A stretch of 64,000 nt of DNA from Lama guanicoe (taxonomy: Eukaryota). The position numbers were made by a program, and so were the translations under genes. The notes beneath the pieces were generated by a model. It made no database searches. It saw only the letters and a program-made list of their open reading frames with translations, and was not told where the DNA came from. Positions 53,251 through 64,000 of the stretch are shown in pieces. Numbering within the stretch: position 1 is the first letter of the stretch; each line of letters opens with the position of its first letter. The stretch is from assembly GCA_013239625.1 (NCBI GenBank), contig MU054187.1, positions 24,244,433 to 24,308,432 of the forward strand, written 5' to 3'.

Positions 53251-54259
53251 TTGTTTTATTGAGAATAGGGGAAGAGAGAGAATTAGCATAATGATATTAT
53301 GCAAGCCCCAAAGCTGATCATCTCTCCTGAGTACCTATTGCCCCTTATTTGTATCCTATCCATCATCTGGTCCTGTCCTATGTACTTTTTAAATGTCATC
53401 TAAACTTACCATTCTCTTCATCATTCATAATGTTCATTCAGAAATGGCATCCTTCTATATGTTTTGGTAGAAAAGCTGAGTAACTGATGTTCCCGTCCCA
53501 TTGTTGCCCTTCTCAAGTCCACAGGCAAGAGTCTTCTTAAAATGCTGATCTGAATGTGGCATGTTTTCAGGATAAAGTCTATACTCCTTCACATCATATA
53601 TTAGACCATCAAAACTATGATCACTGCCAAACTAACTGTGCAACTCATTCTACATGGTTCCTGAGTCTCTGCACAATTTGAGTTCAAACCCATCTAAACT
53701 ATTGCATGTTTCCTAAGCTTACCATGGTCACTTATCTGCATCTTGACATACACGGCTCTGTCCACCAAAAGCAAGCTTGTCTCCTTATCTACTTGCTGTC
53801 TTTTGCAGAGATAACATCACTGCCGTTTAAACACAAACTGGCTATAGACTCTCCTGTTAATGAGAGGCATTTGCTGCAGCAATAAACCACAGGTCCAGAT
53901 TTAGAAATGGATAAAGAAGGGTGGAGGCTGACATTTCAAGGTCTCTGTGAGCTTTTCCATGAAGCTAAGCAAGAACCAGAGTAAATCAAGTAAATATTCC
54001 TTTATCTAGCTCAGCACATCTGTGAGCCTTTGGGCGAGCAAAGGAAGGCCTTATTTTGGAAAGGTAGTGAGAGTCAATTGTTTCATATAATATTAAAAGT
54101 CAGTCTGTAGTCAGAAGCAGTAGGGCTGGACAGAAAGTGGAGAAGTGAGGGAATCTTGAGAGAAAAATGGAGCTGAGCATTGCTGCAGAAGACCAGAGCC
54201 TATGGAGAAGCCAATCCAGTGAAAAATCGCCATGGCAAAGAGGCCACAGTAGAGGGTTA

Positions 54260-54630
54260 TGTTGTCCCAAGCATGTCCCCTTTGAGCTTCTGCGAGCATT
54301 TGCTGCTAACAACGCACAACTGCACCCTTCTTGTGAAAAGTGCCTGTTAACAACAGAAGAGCCTCATCCAGAAATCCCTGAGGGTTTACACCCTTTCTCC
54401 AGACATAGCCTGCCGTCAATGACAGGCTAATGCAGAGGCACAAGAAGCGTGGTCCCTCATCCCTAGCAAGGATGGCACTGCAGTGCCATTTCCATTCCAG
54501 AACTCACTGTGGGATCCATGTTTCTGCCTAGCTTCTTCCCTTTCCCTATCTGCTTTCTTCATTCCCTTACAGATTTCACTGGCACCATCAGAATCCCTGT
54601 CTCAGGCTTTGCATCTAAGCTCAGCCCGGG
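54260..54630 (+). mobile_element. LTR16C-like ERVL solo LTR
   Basis: ccagaactcactgtgggatc...tgcctagcttcttccctttccctatctgctttcttcattcccttacag...gaatccctgtctcaggctttgc. Confidence 0.7.
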
Positions 54631-54986
54631 ATAGTGACCTAGGACTTCTCAAGACCAAAACTGTGTAATACTAAATTTAAAGATGTTTTATATTGCAGAA
54701 ATAAAAAACTCTCCTTCCAATGACCTCATCTTCTAAAGGTTGTGCTACGCACATGAAACCATCAAAACACATCCTGCAAAAATGCCTTCTATAAGTTTTC
54801 AGAGGAAATTGAAGATAAATGACCGAGTTCGACATGGGGTTGGCACAAAGCAGAAGGAAGAAAACAGCTACAATGAAGTAGTTCACTAGGCACTCAGAAT
54901 CAACCCAAACCATGAGAATGTTAGGTTTTTGGGAATTCATAGACATAACCGGTAGAGGATAAGACTTCCCACAGAAAAAGGGACTG

Positions 54987-55440
54987 GTGCAGATGCACAC
55001 TGATGCCTCCCCCATCCTTTAGACATGCTTCAGTTTACCTGCAGCTGATTCCCAGCACATGAACAGCACAAGCTTCTTTTATTCTCCCTGAAGGTCTTCT
55101 CCAGTACCACAGGAGAAGGCTCCACTGCACACAGGTGAACCCAGGAAGTGCAAGGCAGATAAAATCCCTGGAGGCAGTCTTCAACCAGGAAGGAATGAGA
55201 GTGATGGATAAATGCCCAGGCCTCCATGGGCAGAATGGATTCCCAGTCACGAGTGAGACTCAGTTAGAATTGCCCATGACACTTTACTCATTAATGCATT
55301 CTTTGTTGGCTTCTCTCCCATTCCTGTCTCATTTTTCCCCACTCCCTCACATTTGCTTCCTGGAATTATCACTCAAATAAATTACCTATACCCAAATTCT
55401 CATGTCAGAGTCAGCTTTTGGAGGAACTGAAACTTAGATA
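54987..55440 (+). mobile_element. LTR16A/E-like ERVL solo LTR
   Basis: aacccaggaagtgcaagg...gatggataaatgccc...tgcttcctggaattatcactcaaataaattacctatacccaaattct...gcttttggaggaac. Confidence 0.7.
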
Positions 55441-55717
55441 AAAAACAGGCCAACTTTATTTAAGCATGCATTTCCATGAATAATTAATTCAAGCATCACT
55501 TTTCTGGGAAAAGATCATTTTTCTGGATATCACGTCTCTGGCCTGCTTCCTGCTCAACCTGCACTTCCGTAGCACTCTGTGAATAGCTCTCATGCCCCGG
55601 AATGATGTGTGTATGTGCACGTGCATCCTCAAAGACTGAGCTCCTTGAAATTAGAAACAGTGTTTTATATTCTCTGTATCCCCGAGGCCAAGAGCAGTGC
55701 CACTAGCTTTGATGAAT

Positions 55718-56197
55718 GTACCAGTTAGAATTATTTCTGCTGTTGATAACAGCTTAAGCCAAAAAAGTAGGGAGAGGAGGATTTATTGTATCAAATAACC
55801 AAGCAATCCACAGATAGATATCCAGGTTTATCTTCATTCAAGGCTCAAATGTCTCAAATAATTGTATGAAAAGTCATTTTCTTCCTCCCTATTTCTCTGG
55901 ATATACTACCTTGAAGTTGGCTCCATTTTTATGTGTTTGCAAAATGACTATAGCAGCCGCAGTCACTAATCCTCTGAGGCTTCTTCCTAATGGAAAAACA
56001 GTGTTTCCCAGAACATGCAGAAAAAGCATCCCTGGATCTCATCTACTCTCAGGAGCTCACGTGACCACCCTTGACCAATCACTGCCAACAAAGGAATGCA
56101 AAGCAAAGAGGTGAAAAAGGAGGAGGAATATTTCCTGGAGGGAAATCAGTGAGAGAGGAAAATACTTGCTGGAGAGCAGTAATAAATATTTACTACA
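55718..56197 (-). mobile_element. Old MLT1J/K/L-like MaLR LTR, inserted in an L2 3' end
   Basis: tgtaccagttag...caaaatgactatagcagc...cacgtgaccacccttgaccaatcactgcc...aaatatttactaca. Confidence 0.65.
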
Positions 56198-56967
56198 ATG
56201 AATAAATAAACAATGATGAATGTCAATATACTTTAATACGGCAGAATTCCACTGTGATTTTTGTAAGTAAATGCCATGTTTGCATTTATAAGTATATCAC
56301 TTTACGTAGAAGTACGTATTAAAAGGGGACTGAAAGTATCATTTTCATCTGGAAAGTTTTCCTGTCTTGATTGATTGGGGCTCTGTTTCCTTACTCAGGC
56401 CCGGTGCTTTTGTCTGCTTCAGTGGATAGGAACATTTGTTTTAATAAAAACTTTCTTAATACTTGGAACTATGACAACGTATTTAAATTTATTTTTAGGA
56501 CAAGACTAGATGCATTCTCCAGGGAATAGATTTACCCCATTAACTAGAGCTCCCTCTGACTCCAAATATTGAGACAGTGGATATTCCGAGAATGAGTGTT
56601 AATAGGTGTTGAAAAAACTGGGCACAGTTTAATGTTTATAACAAAGGCAAGAGACTATAATGTTGAAATACATCTGGGAAATCCAAGAATGATTCTGTAG
56701 TGTGTATTTACTTGCATTTTACGAATTAGAGCATTAAATAAATTAGCATTGTATTTAAAATGGAAAATAAAATGTTACCTTTTCGTCCCCACTTTTCAGT
56801 TTTCAAAGTTAAATGGAAAATCCTCATTGAATTAAATAATGTTCAACTACATTTCATGAAATTCTTATAGGTATAAAGGAAAAATGGCAATAAAAAAGGC
56901 ATTGGTGATAATATATGTCGGATTTTTTAAAGAAAGTTTTACCAAAAAAATCCTAAAAAAAAATAAT

Positions 56968-57018
56968 TAAATCCCTTTAAATAGCTAGATACCTAGTGTG
57001 CTTTAAGCAATGTATGAG

Positions 57019-57049
<31 letters not shown>

Positions 57050-57098
57050 AATCCCTTTAAATAGCTAGATACCTAGTGTGCTTTAAGCAATGTATGAG

Positions 57099-57131
<33 letters not shown>
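56968..57131 (+). repeat. Perfect 80-bp tandem duplication, each unit ending in (TA)n
   Basis: atccctttaaatagctagatacctagtgtgctttaagcaatgtatgagatac(at)n starts at 56971 and again at 57051. Confidence 0.97.
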
Positions 57132-57137
<6 letters not shown>

Positions 57138-58744
57138 AGAAATGTATCCTAAAATACCCAAAGGTGACTGTAATGGAAGAAAACTTACACTGTTCTATGA
57201 ATTTCACTCACCTCTCCTTTCTCTTCACACCATAAATGCTGTAAGCCCTCCCACACATTCCTGGAGTGCAAAGCTGGGACTGGCACTTCTTGATTCCATA
57301 TGCTCTATGCACTAAAAATCAGCAGTGATGAGGCTTTATCATCTCCTGCATAAATTAAGGGTGTGATTTAGCAATATGACTGGGCAACAGTCCAGCTGTC
57401 TGGAAAAATTAAGAAAAGGAAGAGAGGAGGTATTTTTTTCTGTCTCTCAACCTGGGAGAGAAAGACACAAGTTCAAACTAAATGGAATCACTTAGTGTCT
57501 CAGACCCAAAGCAGTGAAGTATCTGTGGTTTTGTTGGAGAAGGAAGAGGAGGACCCTTTGGTTTAAGTGATGGTCAACTCCAGGGATCTTATGATGGTGT
57601 TCTTTATGCCTTGTCATGGATTCTGACCAATATTAAATCCAGGTTTGTTGGTCCTCGAACAGAGTAGGGTACGGAGAGTGAAGGCGGAATCTTCAAGGTA
57701 CAGTACTTTTCTCTCTTTGGTTTTTGTGTTCCTTGAACATCATGCCCAGACAGATGTAAATAAAACATAGGTAACTCCTCACATGAGGAGTGAAATACAC
57801 CTAACATTGTGGGAAAAGCACTGGATGTGGAGCAGGGGAGAGCTCGCAACCAGGAGAATGCGAAGTTACAAGAAATGGAGAAAAATTTAACTAGTAGATT
57901 GTTAAATGTATTTGCGAGAAAAGCTATTCCCATTTTGAATACTTTGTTCACAGACCTGGGAGTCCTAGCTTTGCAAGTAACAATGCTGTAATGAATCAGG
58001 AGTCAATCACTGATTCAGAGCATATACGATAGCCTGGACGAAGTTACCTGAGCCTGCAAAGTGGTGTCACCCAGCCGAGGCTATAACTGAGTATTCAAAA
58101 AAAAAAAAAAAAAAAGGAAAAGAAAACATTTAAACCATCTATAATGCCTGCTGCCTCAGAGTGATGAGGAACATGAAAGACCAGTAAATTTCATAAGCAT
58201 GGGCCAATCTCATACTTTACTTACTATAAAAAGTTCCCGTGTCAAAAGCAATGCTCTGAGAATTACCATGACAGTGAGTAAAGCGTCTGTAAGTTCAGGA
58301 ATGGAGCTTTTTGAAGAAGCATTTTGGGCAGGGGAAGCAAATGCATATTCAGAACATCTATTCCAGTTAAAATGAAAAAGGGCTGCCATTTCCATCATGG
58401 GAGCTATCCGGCAAAGTCAATTTGCCTATACCTGGCTGATCCTCCTGGGGAATAATGCCATGTTGAAGCCAAGTGCTGCCTCCTGCTATTGGCAGATATG
58501 GCTCTCAGCATGGCTCTAACCGGATTGGCTTCTGTGAGTAGAAATCCAGTTTGCTGAACTCATGACCATTTTCTTCAAGTATCTGTTGGGTAAGAACAGG
58601 GTAATTGATGAGGCTGACGGACATACACAGAACAAGTGACCTTGACCACCTGGTTATTAAGGTTCTTCTGTGTTAATAATGCTCTTTACTGAACATTCAT
58701 TTGGGACACCAATATCTTCACATTCTATGCCCATTTGGAGACAT

Positions 58745-61625
58745 TCACCTGAATACAGGTGATAACGTTGTTTTTGTCTATCTTGGTCTGGCTTATTTCA
58801 CTAAGCATAATACCCTTCAGGTCCATGTTGGTGCAAATGGCAAAAATTTGACTCTTTTTTGGGGCCTGAGTAACATTCATTGTGTGGGTGTGTGTATATA
58901 TGTATATATATATATATATATATATACACCACATCTTTATCCATCCATCTGTTGATATATATCTTGGTTGCTTCCATATTGTGGCTATTGTAAATAATGC
59001 TGCTATGAAAATCAGGATGAATATATCTTGTCAAATTACTGTTTTCATTTTCTCCAGATTACCCAGGAGTGGAATTGCTGGATCATATGGTAGTTAGTTC
59101 TATTTTTGGTTTTTCAGGAACCTCTACACTGTTACCCATACTGTCCGCATCAATACCCACCAGCAGTGTACAAGGTTTCCCTTTTCCCCCAAATCCTCAT
59201 CAACTTTAGTTATTTGTGGTCTTTTTGATGACAGCCATTCTGACTGGTGTGTGGTGACAGACTGTGGTTTGTATTTGCAATCCCCTGATGATTAGAGGTG
59301 CTGAGCATCTTCTCATGTCTGTTGGCCATCGGCGTGTCTTCTGTAAATAAATACATCTGTTCAGGTCTTCTGCCCAGTTTGGGGCTTTTCTGATATTGAA
59401 TTGAATTAGCTGTTTATATATTTAGAATATTAATCCTTTATCATATTATTTGCAAATATTTTCTCTCATTCAGTAGATTGTCTTTTCATTTTGTCCAAGG
59501 TTTCCTTTACCGTGTAAAGTCTTTTAAGTTTCATTAGGTCCCATTTGTTTACTTCTCCTTTTATTTCCTTTGCCTAAGGAGACATAACCAAGGAAATATT
59601 ACTGCAATTTATGTGAAAGAGTGTTCAGTCAATGTTTTCCTCTAGGAATTTTATGATTTTCGGTCTTACATTTAGGTCTTCAATTCATTTTGAGTCTATT
59701 TTTGTATATAGTGTGAGAAAATGTTGTAATTTTATTATTGACATGGATCTGTCCAGTTTTTCTAGCATCCCTTATTGAAGAGACTGCCTTTCCCTATTTT
59801 ATATTCTTGCATCCTTTGTCATAAATTAATTGATCATACCTGTATAGAGTTATTTCTGTTCCATTGACCCACGTGTCTCTTTTTGTGCCAGTACTATACT
59901 GTTTTGATTTATGTAGCTTTGTGATAGAGTCTGAAGTCAGGGAGCATTATATATCCAGCTTTGTTCATTTTTCTCAAGATTGCTTTGGCTCTTCAGGCAT
60001 TTTTGTGGTTCCATATAAACTACAGCATTGTTCATTCTATATCTGTGAAAAATATCATATGAGTACTTTCACAGGAATAGTATTAAATATTTACACTGCC
60101 TTGGGTAGTATGGAAATTTCAACAATATCAATTCTTCCAATCTGTGAACATAAGATTTCTTTCAATTTCTTTGTATCACCTTTAATTTCCTTACCAATGT
60201 TTTATAGTTTTCGGAGTATAGCTCTTGGCCTCCCTGGTTAAGTGGATTTCTAAGTATTTCATTTTTTTATACAATTTTGAATGGGATTGTCTTCTTGTTT
60301 TCTTTTTCTGGTAGTTTCGCATCAGTGTACAGAAAAGCAACAGATTGTTGCAAATTAATCTTATATCCTGAAACTTTACTGACTCACTAATTAGTTCTAA
60401 TAGTTTTTTGGTGGAGACTTTATGGTTTCCTACATGAATCATGTCATCTGCAAATAGTAAGTTTTAACTCTTCCAATCCTATTTGAATGCCTTTTATGTA
60501 TTTTTCTTGTCTGAATGCTGTGGCTAGGACCACCAATACTCTGTTAAATCAAAATGGAGAGAGTGGTCATCTTCATCTTATTCCTGATTATAGAGGAAAA
60601 GCTTTCATCTTCTCATCATTGAATATGCTGTTAGTTGTGGGTTTGTCTTAAATGGCTTTTATTATGTTAAGGTATGTTCCCTCCGCAACAACTTTGGTTA
60701 GAGTTTTTATTGTGAATGGGTGTTGAATTTAGCCAAATGCTGCTTCTGCATCTATTAAAGTGATCATGTGATTTTTATCCTTCCTTTTTTAACATGGTGT
60801 ATCACATTGATTGATTTGTGGATATGGTACCATCCTTGTATCCCTGAAATAAATCCCACTTTATCGTGGTGTATGATCTTTTTCACATGTTGTTGATTTG
60901 GGTTTGTGAATATTTTGTTGAGGATTTTTGCATCTATATTTATCAGAGATATTTGTCTCTACTTTTCTCTTTTGTCTTTGGGCTTTGTGTCATGGTAATG
61001 GTGGTCTTGTGGAATGAATTTGAGAGTGCTCCTTCCTCTTCACTTTTTTGGAATAGTTTGAGAAGGATCGATCGGCATTAGCTCTTCTTTATATGTTTGG
61101 TTGAATTCTCCTGTAACTTCTTGCTGTAGCCTTTTCTTTTCTACTTGGAGAAGAACTTTTGACATTTCTTGTAGGTTTGTTTAGCATTAATGAACTTAGT
61201 TTTTGCTCCTCTGAAAAGTTCTTTATCTCTCCTTCAATTCTGAATGGTAACCTTGATAAGCAGAATATCTTAGTATGTTTTCCCCTTTTGGCACTTAAAA
61301 TGTATTATGCCACTTCCTTGTGGCCAATAAATTTTCTGAAGAATAATTAGCTGATAGCCTTATGGGGGTTCCCTTGTATGTGACTCTTTGTTTTACTCTT
61401 GCTGCCTTTAAGATTCTCTCTTTATATTTAACTTCTGTCATTTTAATTATGCTATGCCTTGGTGTATGCCTCTCTGGGTTCATCTTGTCTGATACACTTT
61501 GCTTCCTGTACCTGAACATCTATTTATTTCTTCATCTTCAGGAAGTTTCCAGCCATAATTTTATCAAACATATTTTCAACCCTCTTCTTTCTCTCTTTGC
61601 CTTCTGGGACCTCTTTAATATGGAT
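58745..61625 (-). mobile_element. LINE-1 fragment: ORF1 C-half joined to ORF2 RT-to-end, lacking the endonuclease region and both termini
   Basis: ORF1 peptide KMNPERHTPRHSIIKM...KERILKAAR...YKGTPIRLSA at 61295-61519. ORF2 antisense 58760-61116. Abrupt junction at ~61116. No poly-T tail. Confidence 0.9.
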
Positions 61626-62006
61626 GTCATCATATTTTTCTTTTTTTTTCAGTATATCTATTCCATTTAGGTATTCTGGCATGGGAAGTAACCACATAGT
61701 AGGTTTGGGGACCTGGTAATCCCTCTGTGAGACAAATCAATCTAAATATCATTAATACTCTGAACTCCAAAAGTCTTTCCTTTGACTGGTGGCATTTTGT
61801 GTCTCTAGGAATTACTGGCAGTTCAGAACCAATGTCAAGTGATGCCTAAACTGTGTGATAATTTTCCCTTTCTCAGTGTGCCATCACCCTTGTAAATGGC
61901 CACAGATCCATTTGGGGAAGACTAGAGAAAGATATACTGTATGAGTTTTTGGCAGTGCAATAGCTTTCCTTAAATGAAACTCCCCTTTTTTATCCAAGGT
62001 TCTTTG

Positions 62007-62554
62007 TGTATTAATCTTTTTTTTCATTTTCTTATCAGTGTTTTATAATATTTTGACATCTTAAAAAATGTTCAGACTAGAGAGTGGCTACCCTTTCTAG
62101 GACTAACCAATTCTTAGAGATAGTAAAGAGCTCAGCCAAGAGCAAGCCTCTGATAGGCAAATTTACCAATCCAGAGCCACACCTCTATCTGGACCGTGCA
62201 CCCCAGGAGGCAGCACTCCTTCTGCCTTAATTCTTACAGGATGAGATACCAGGCAACTGGGGACCATCCTTATAGCTAAGATCCAGCTGTAATTATTCAA
62301 ACTAGCCAATCCCAAACTGCTTACCTGGCCCTGCCTTGTCTTTCCCACCAAAACCTCAATAAATATTCTGGCTTAAGTCTGTCACTCACTCCTCCTCTGC
62401 ATCCTGATTAAAATGTGGTGTACTTCCTATTTTCAGCTGTGCCTCTTAACTCTAGGGGGAATTATGAGTGATATTAAACTTTTCTTTCAGTGGCACTGAC
62501 CTCTCCATGCCTTCACTCAGCCACCCTTATAAATTAAGACGTAGGCACAGAACA
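62007..62554 (+). mobile_element. MER74/MER73-like ERVL solo LTR
   Basis: tgtattaatc...tttgacatct...ccaattcttagagatagtaaa...ccaatccagagcc...aattattcaaactagccaatcc...aataaa...aaca. Near TSD ctttg/ccttg. Confidence 0.8.
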
Positions 62555-64000
62555 CCTTGGAAGTCTGAATTAGCTCAAGAATCAGAATTGACTCTCTATT
62601 TTGTTGATCCAAGTCAAATTTCTGTTCACCAGACTTGGAGGTTTTCCATTTCTACAAATCAAGTAAGACTCTAGCAAAGTACTCCTGTATTTCAATCCTT
62701 GAGAAACCATAAGCAACTAGTTAAAGACAAAGTTCTTTACGGGTGAAATCATCTGGATTCCTGCTTCAGATATGCTAGTCATGGTCGTAATTCTGCCCAC
62801 ACCTTCTCAGTTCAGTCGCACCACTGGCTCCTGGCACTTTGAAATCCCATCACTCCTATTGAATTCACGGGCTCTCTTTTGTTGACAGCGCTTCCTACTG
62901 TCATTCACGGCCTGCAGAGAACAGTCACGACAGAACTTTCCAACCGTGGCAGTAGTCCCTTCACCATTGTATTTCTGAAAGCCTTGATAAAGAAAATGTT
63001 CTTCACACATATGTATGGGTGGATGAGCAGGTCTTAAAAGATAAACCTACCACTACATTCAAATATCCCTAAGCCTTTGGATATAGCCCTCTATAGTATA
63101 TCAAGGGAGTTTTGGCAACTCAGCATCATTTTAGCCAAATTTAGAACTGCTTACCATACACTTAAAACACACTGAATACAGATTTTTTGTTTAGTGAGAC
63201 AATTTTAATACATTCAAACTGGTCAACATTCTCCTGCCTGATATAACATCCTTTGGATCCACTTCCAAGCATATTCCCTAAGTTTCTATTAATAACTTAT
63301 ATAAATATAGTTATTTTGGTGTGTGCAGTGCTTCTTTCAGGTCATAATTTTTATCTGACCCACAGGAACATACCAGAATCTGAGTCTTGTCATAGATCTA
63401 GAAGCAAGGGGAGGTAGTAAGGTATGTCAGAGGGATCAACATTCCTCTGCAAATCAAATCCCTCAGGCTGGGAATATTAAATTCTTCAGGCAAGGGGAGA
63501 CTAAATTTGTCAGACTTTGGGGAAATGCTTCTCTACTGGCTAATGAAGCTCAATAAAATGTAAACGTTGAAGTCCCTCTGCATTATCAGAATCAGCCCAT
63601 GTGTCTTCATCCCAATTTTCATCACCCTAATCCTTCCCAATCAATGCTTTAATTCATAAGAAGTCCTTGAAGATTGGATTGAATTGTAATTCAGCTACTC
63701 TATAAGTTAAATTTTGAGTTTCATTTTAAGAAAATGTGTAGGAAATGTGGGTTTCCCTCAGAGCAGTCATAGAAGTGTTCTAATTTGTTACTCAGACCTT
63801 GATCCAAGAATTTACATCCCTGAGCTCATTTTTATTCTCCAAAGTTTACAATGCACTAAGAATCAACCAAGCAACACCATTGTATTCATTTTCATTAGAG
63901 CATTCTACAGCAACAGTTACTTGGTGATCCAGTCTTGTCATCTCTAGGTATTTGATCACAGGTGAAACCACAGGTGATAACTTAAGAAACTATTTGCCAC

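Noticed and set aside
58200..58235. CCAAT followed by TATAAAA as a core promoter
   Set aside because: The spacing is too short, there is no CpG island or downstream exon, and both motifs are common in AT-rich DNA.
1..64000. tRNA, rRNA, snRNA, NUMT, non-retroviral endogenous virus, CRISPR or prokaryotic defence systems
   Set aside because: None recognised by eye on either strand. A tBLASTn/Infernal search would be needed to exclude highly decayed copies.

Overview
AT-rich, CpG-poor mammalian nuclear DNA with no recognisable host protein-coding exon, RNA gene, CpG island or prokaryotic system. It reads as intergenic or deep intronic sequence. The likely host is a camelid. This is an inference from the style of the young L1 3' ends and the absence of any Alu, B1, Bov-A/tA, CHR or PRE SINE. 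Most explainable content is transposon fossil. L1s: one near-full-length decayed copy with TSDs (41738-48437), three internally deleted or scrambled copies, a twin-primed copy, short 3' ends and old L1M remnants. LTRs: ERV1, ERVL and MaLR solo LTRs. Others: Tigger and hAT MITEs, MIR, L2, microsatellites and an 843-N gap. All protein-like ORFs in the track are broken L1 ORF1/ORF2 pieces. I found no convincing new biological system. The best second-look items are a TSD-bounded L1 made of only the 5'UTR fused to the 3' end, a scrambled L1, repeated microsatellite birth at one L1 site, and motif clusters in non-repeat DNA that may be enhancers. Repeat family names come from remembered consensus sequences, not from a database search.
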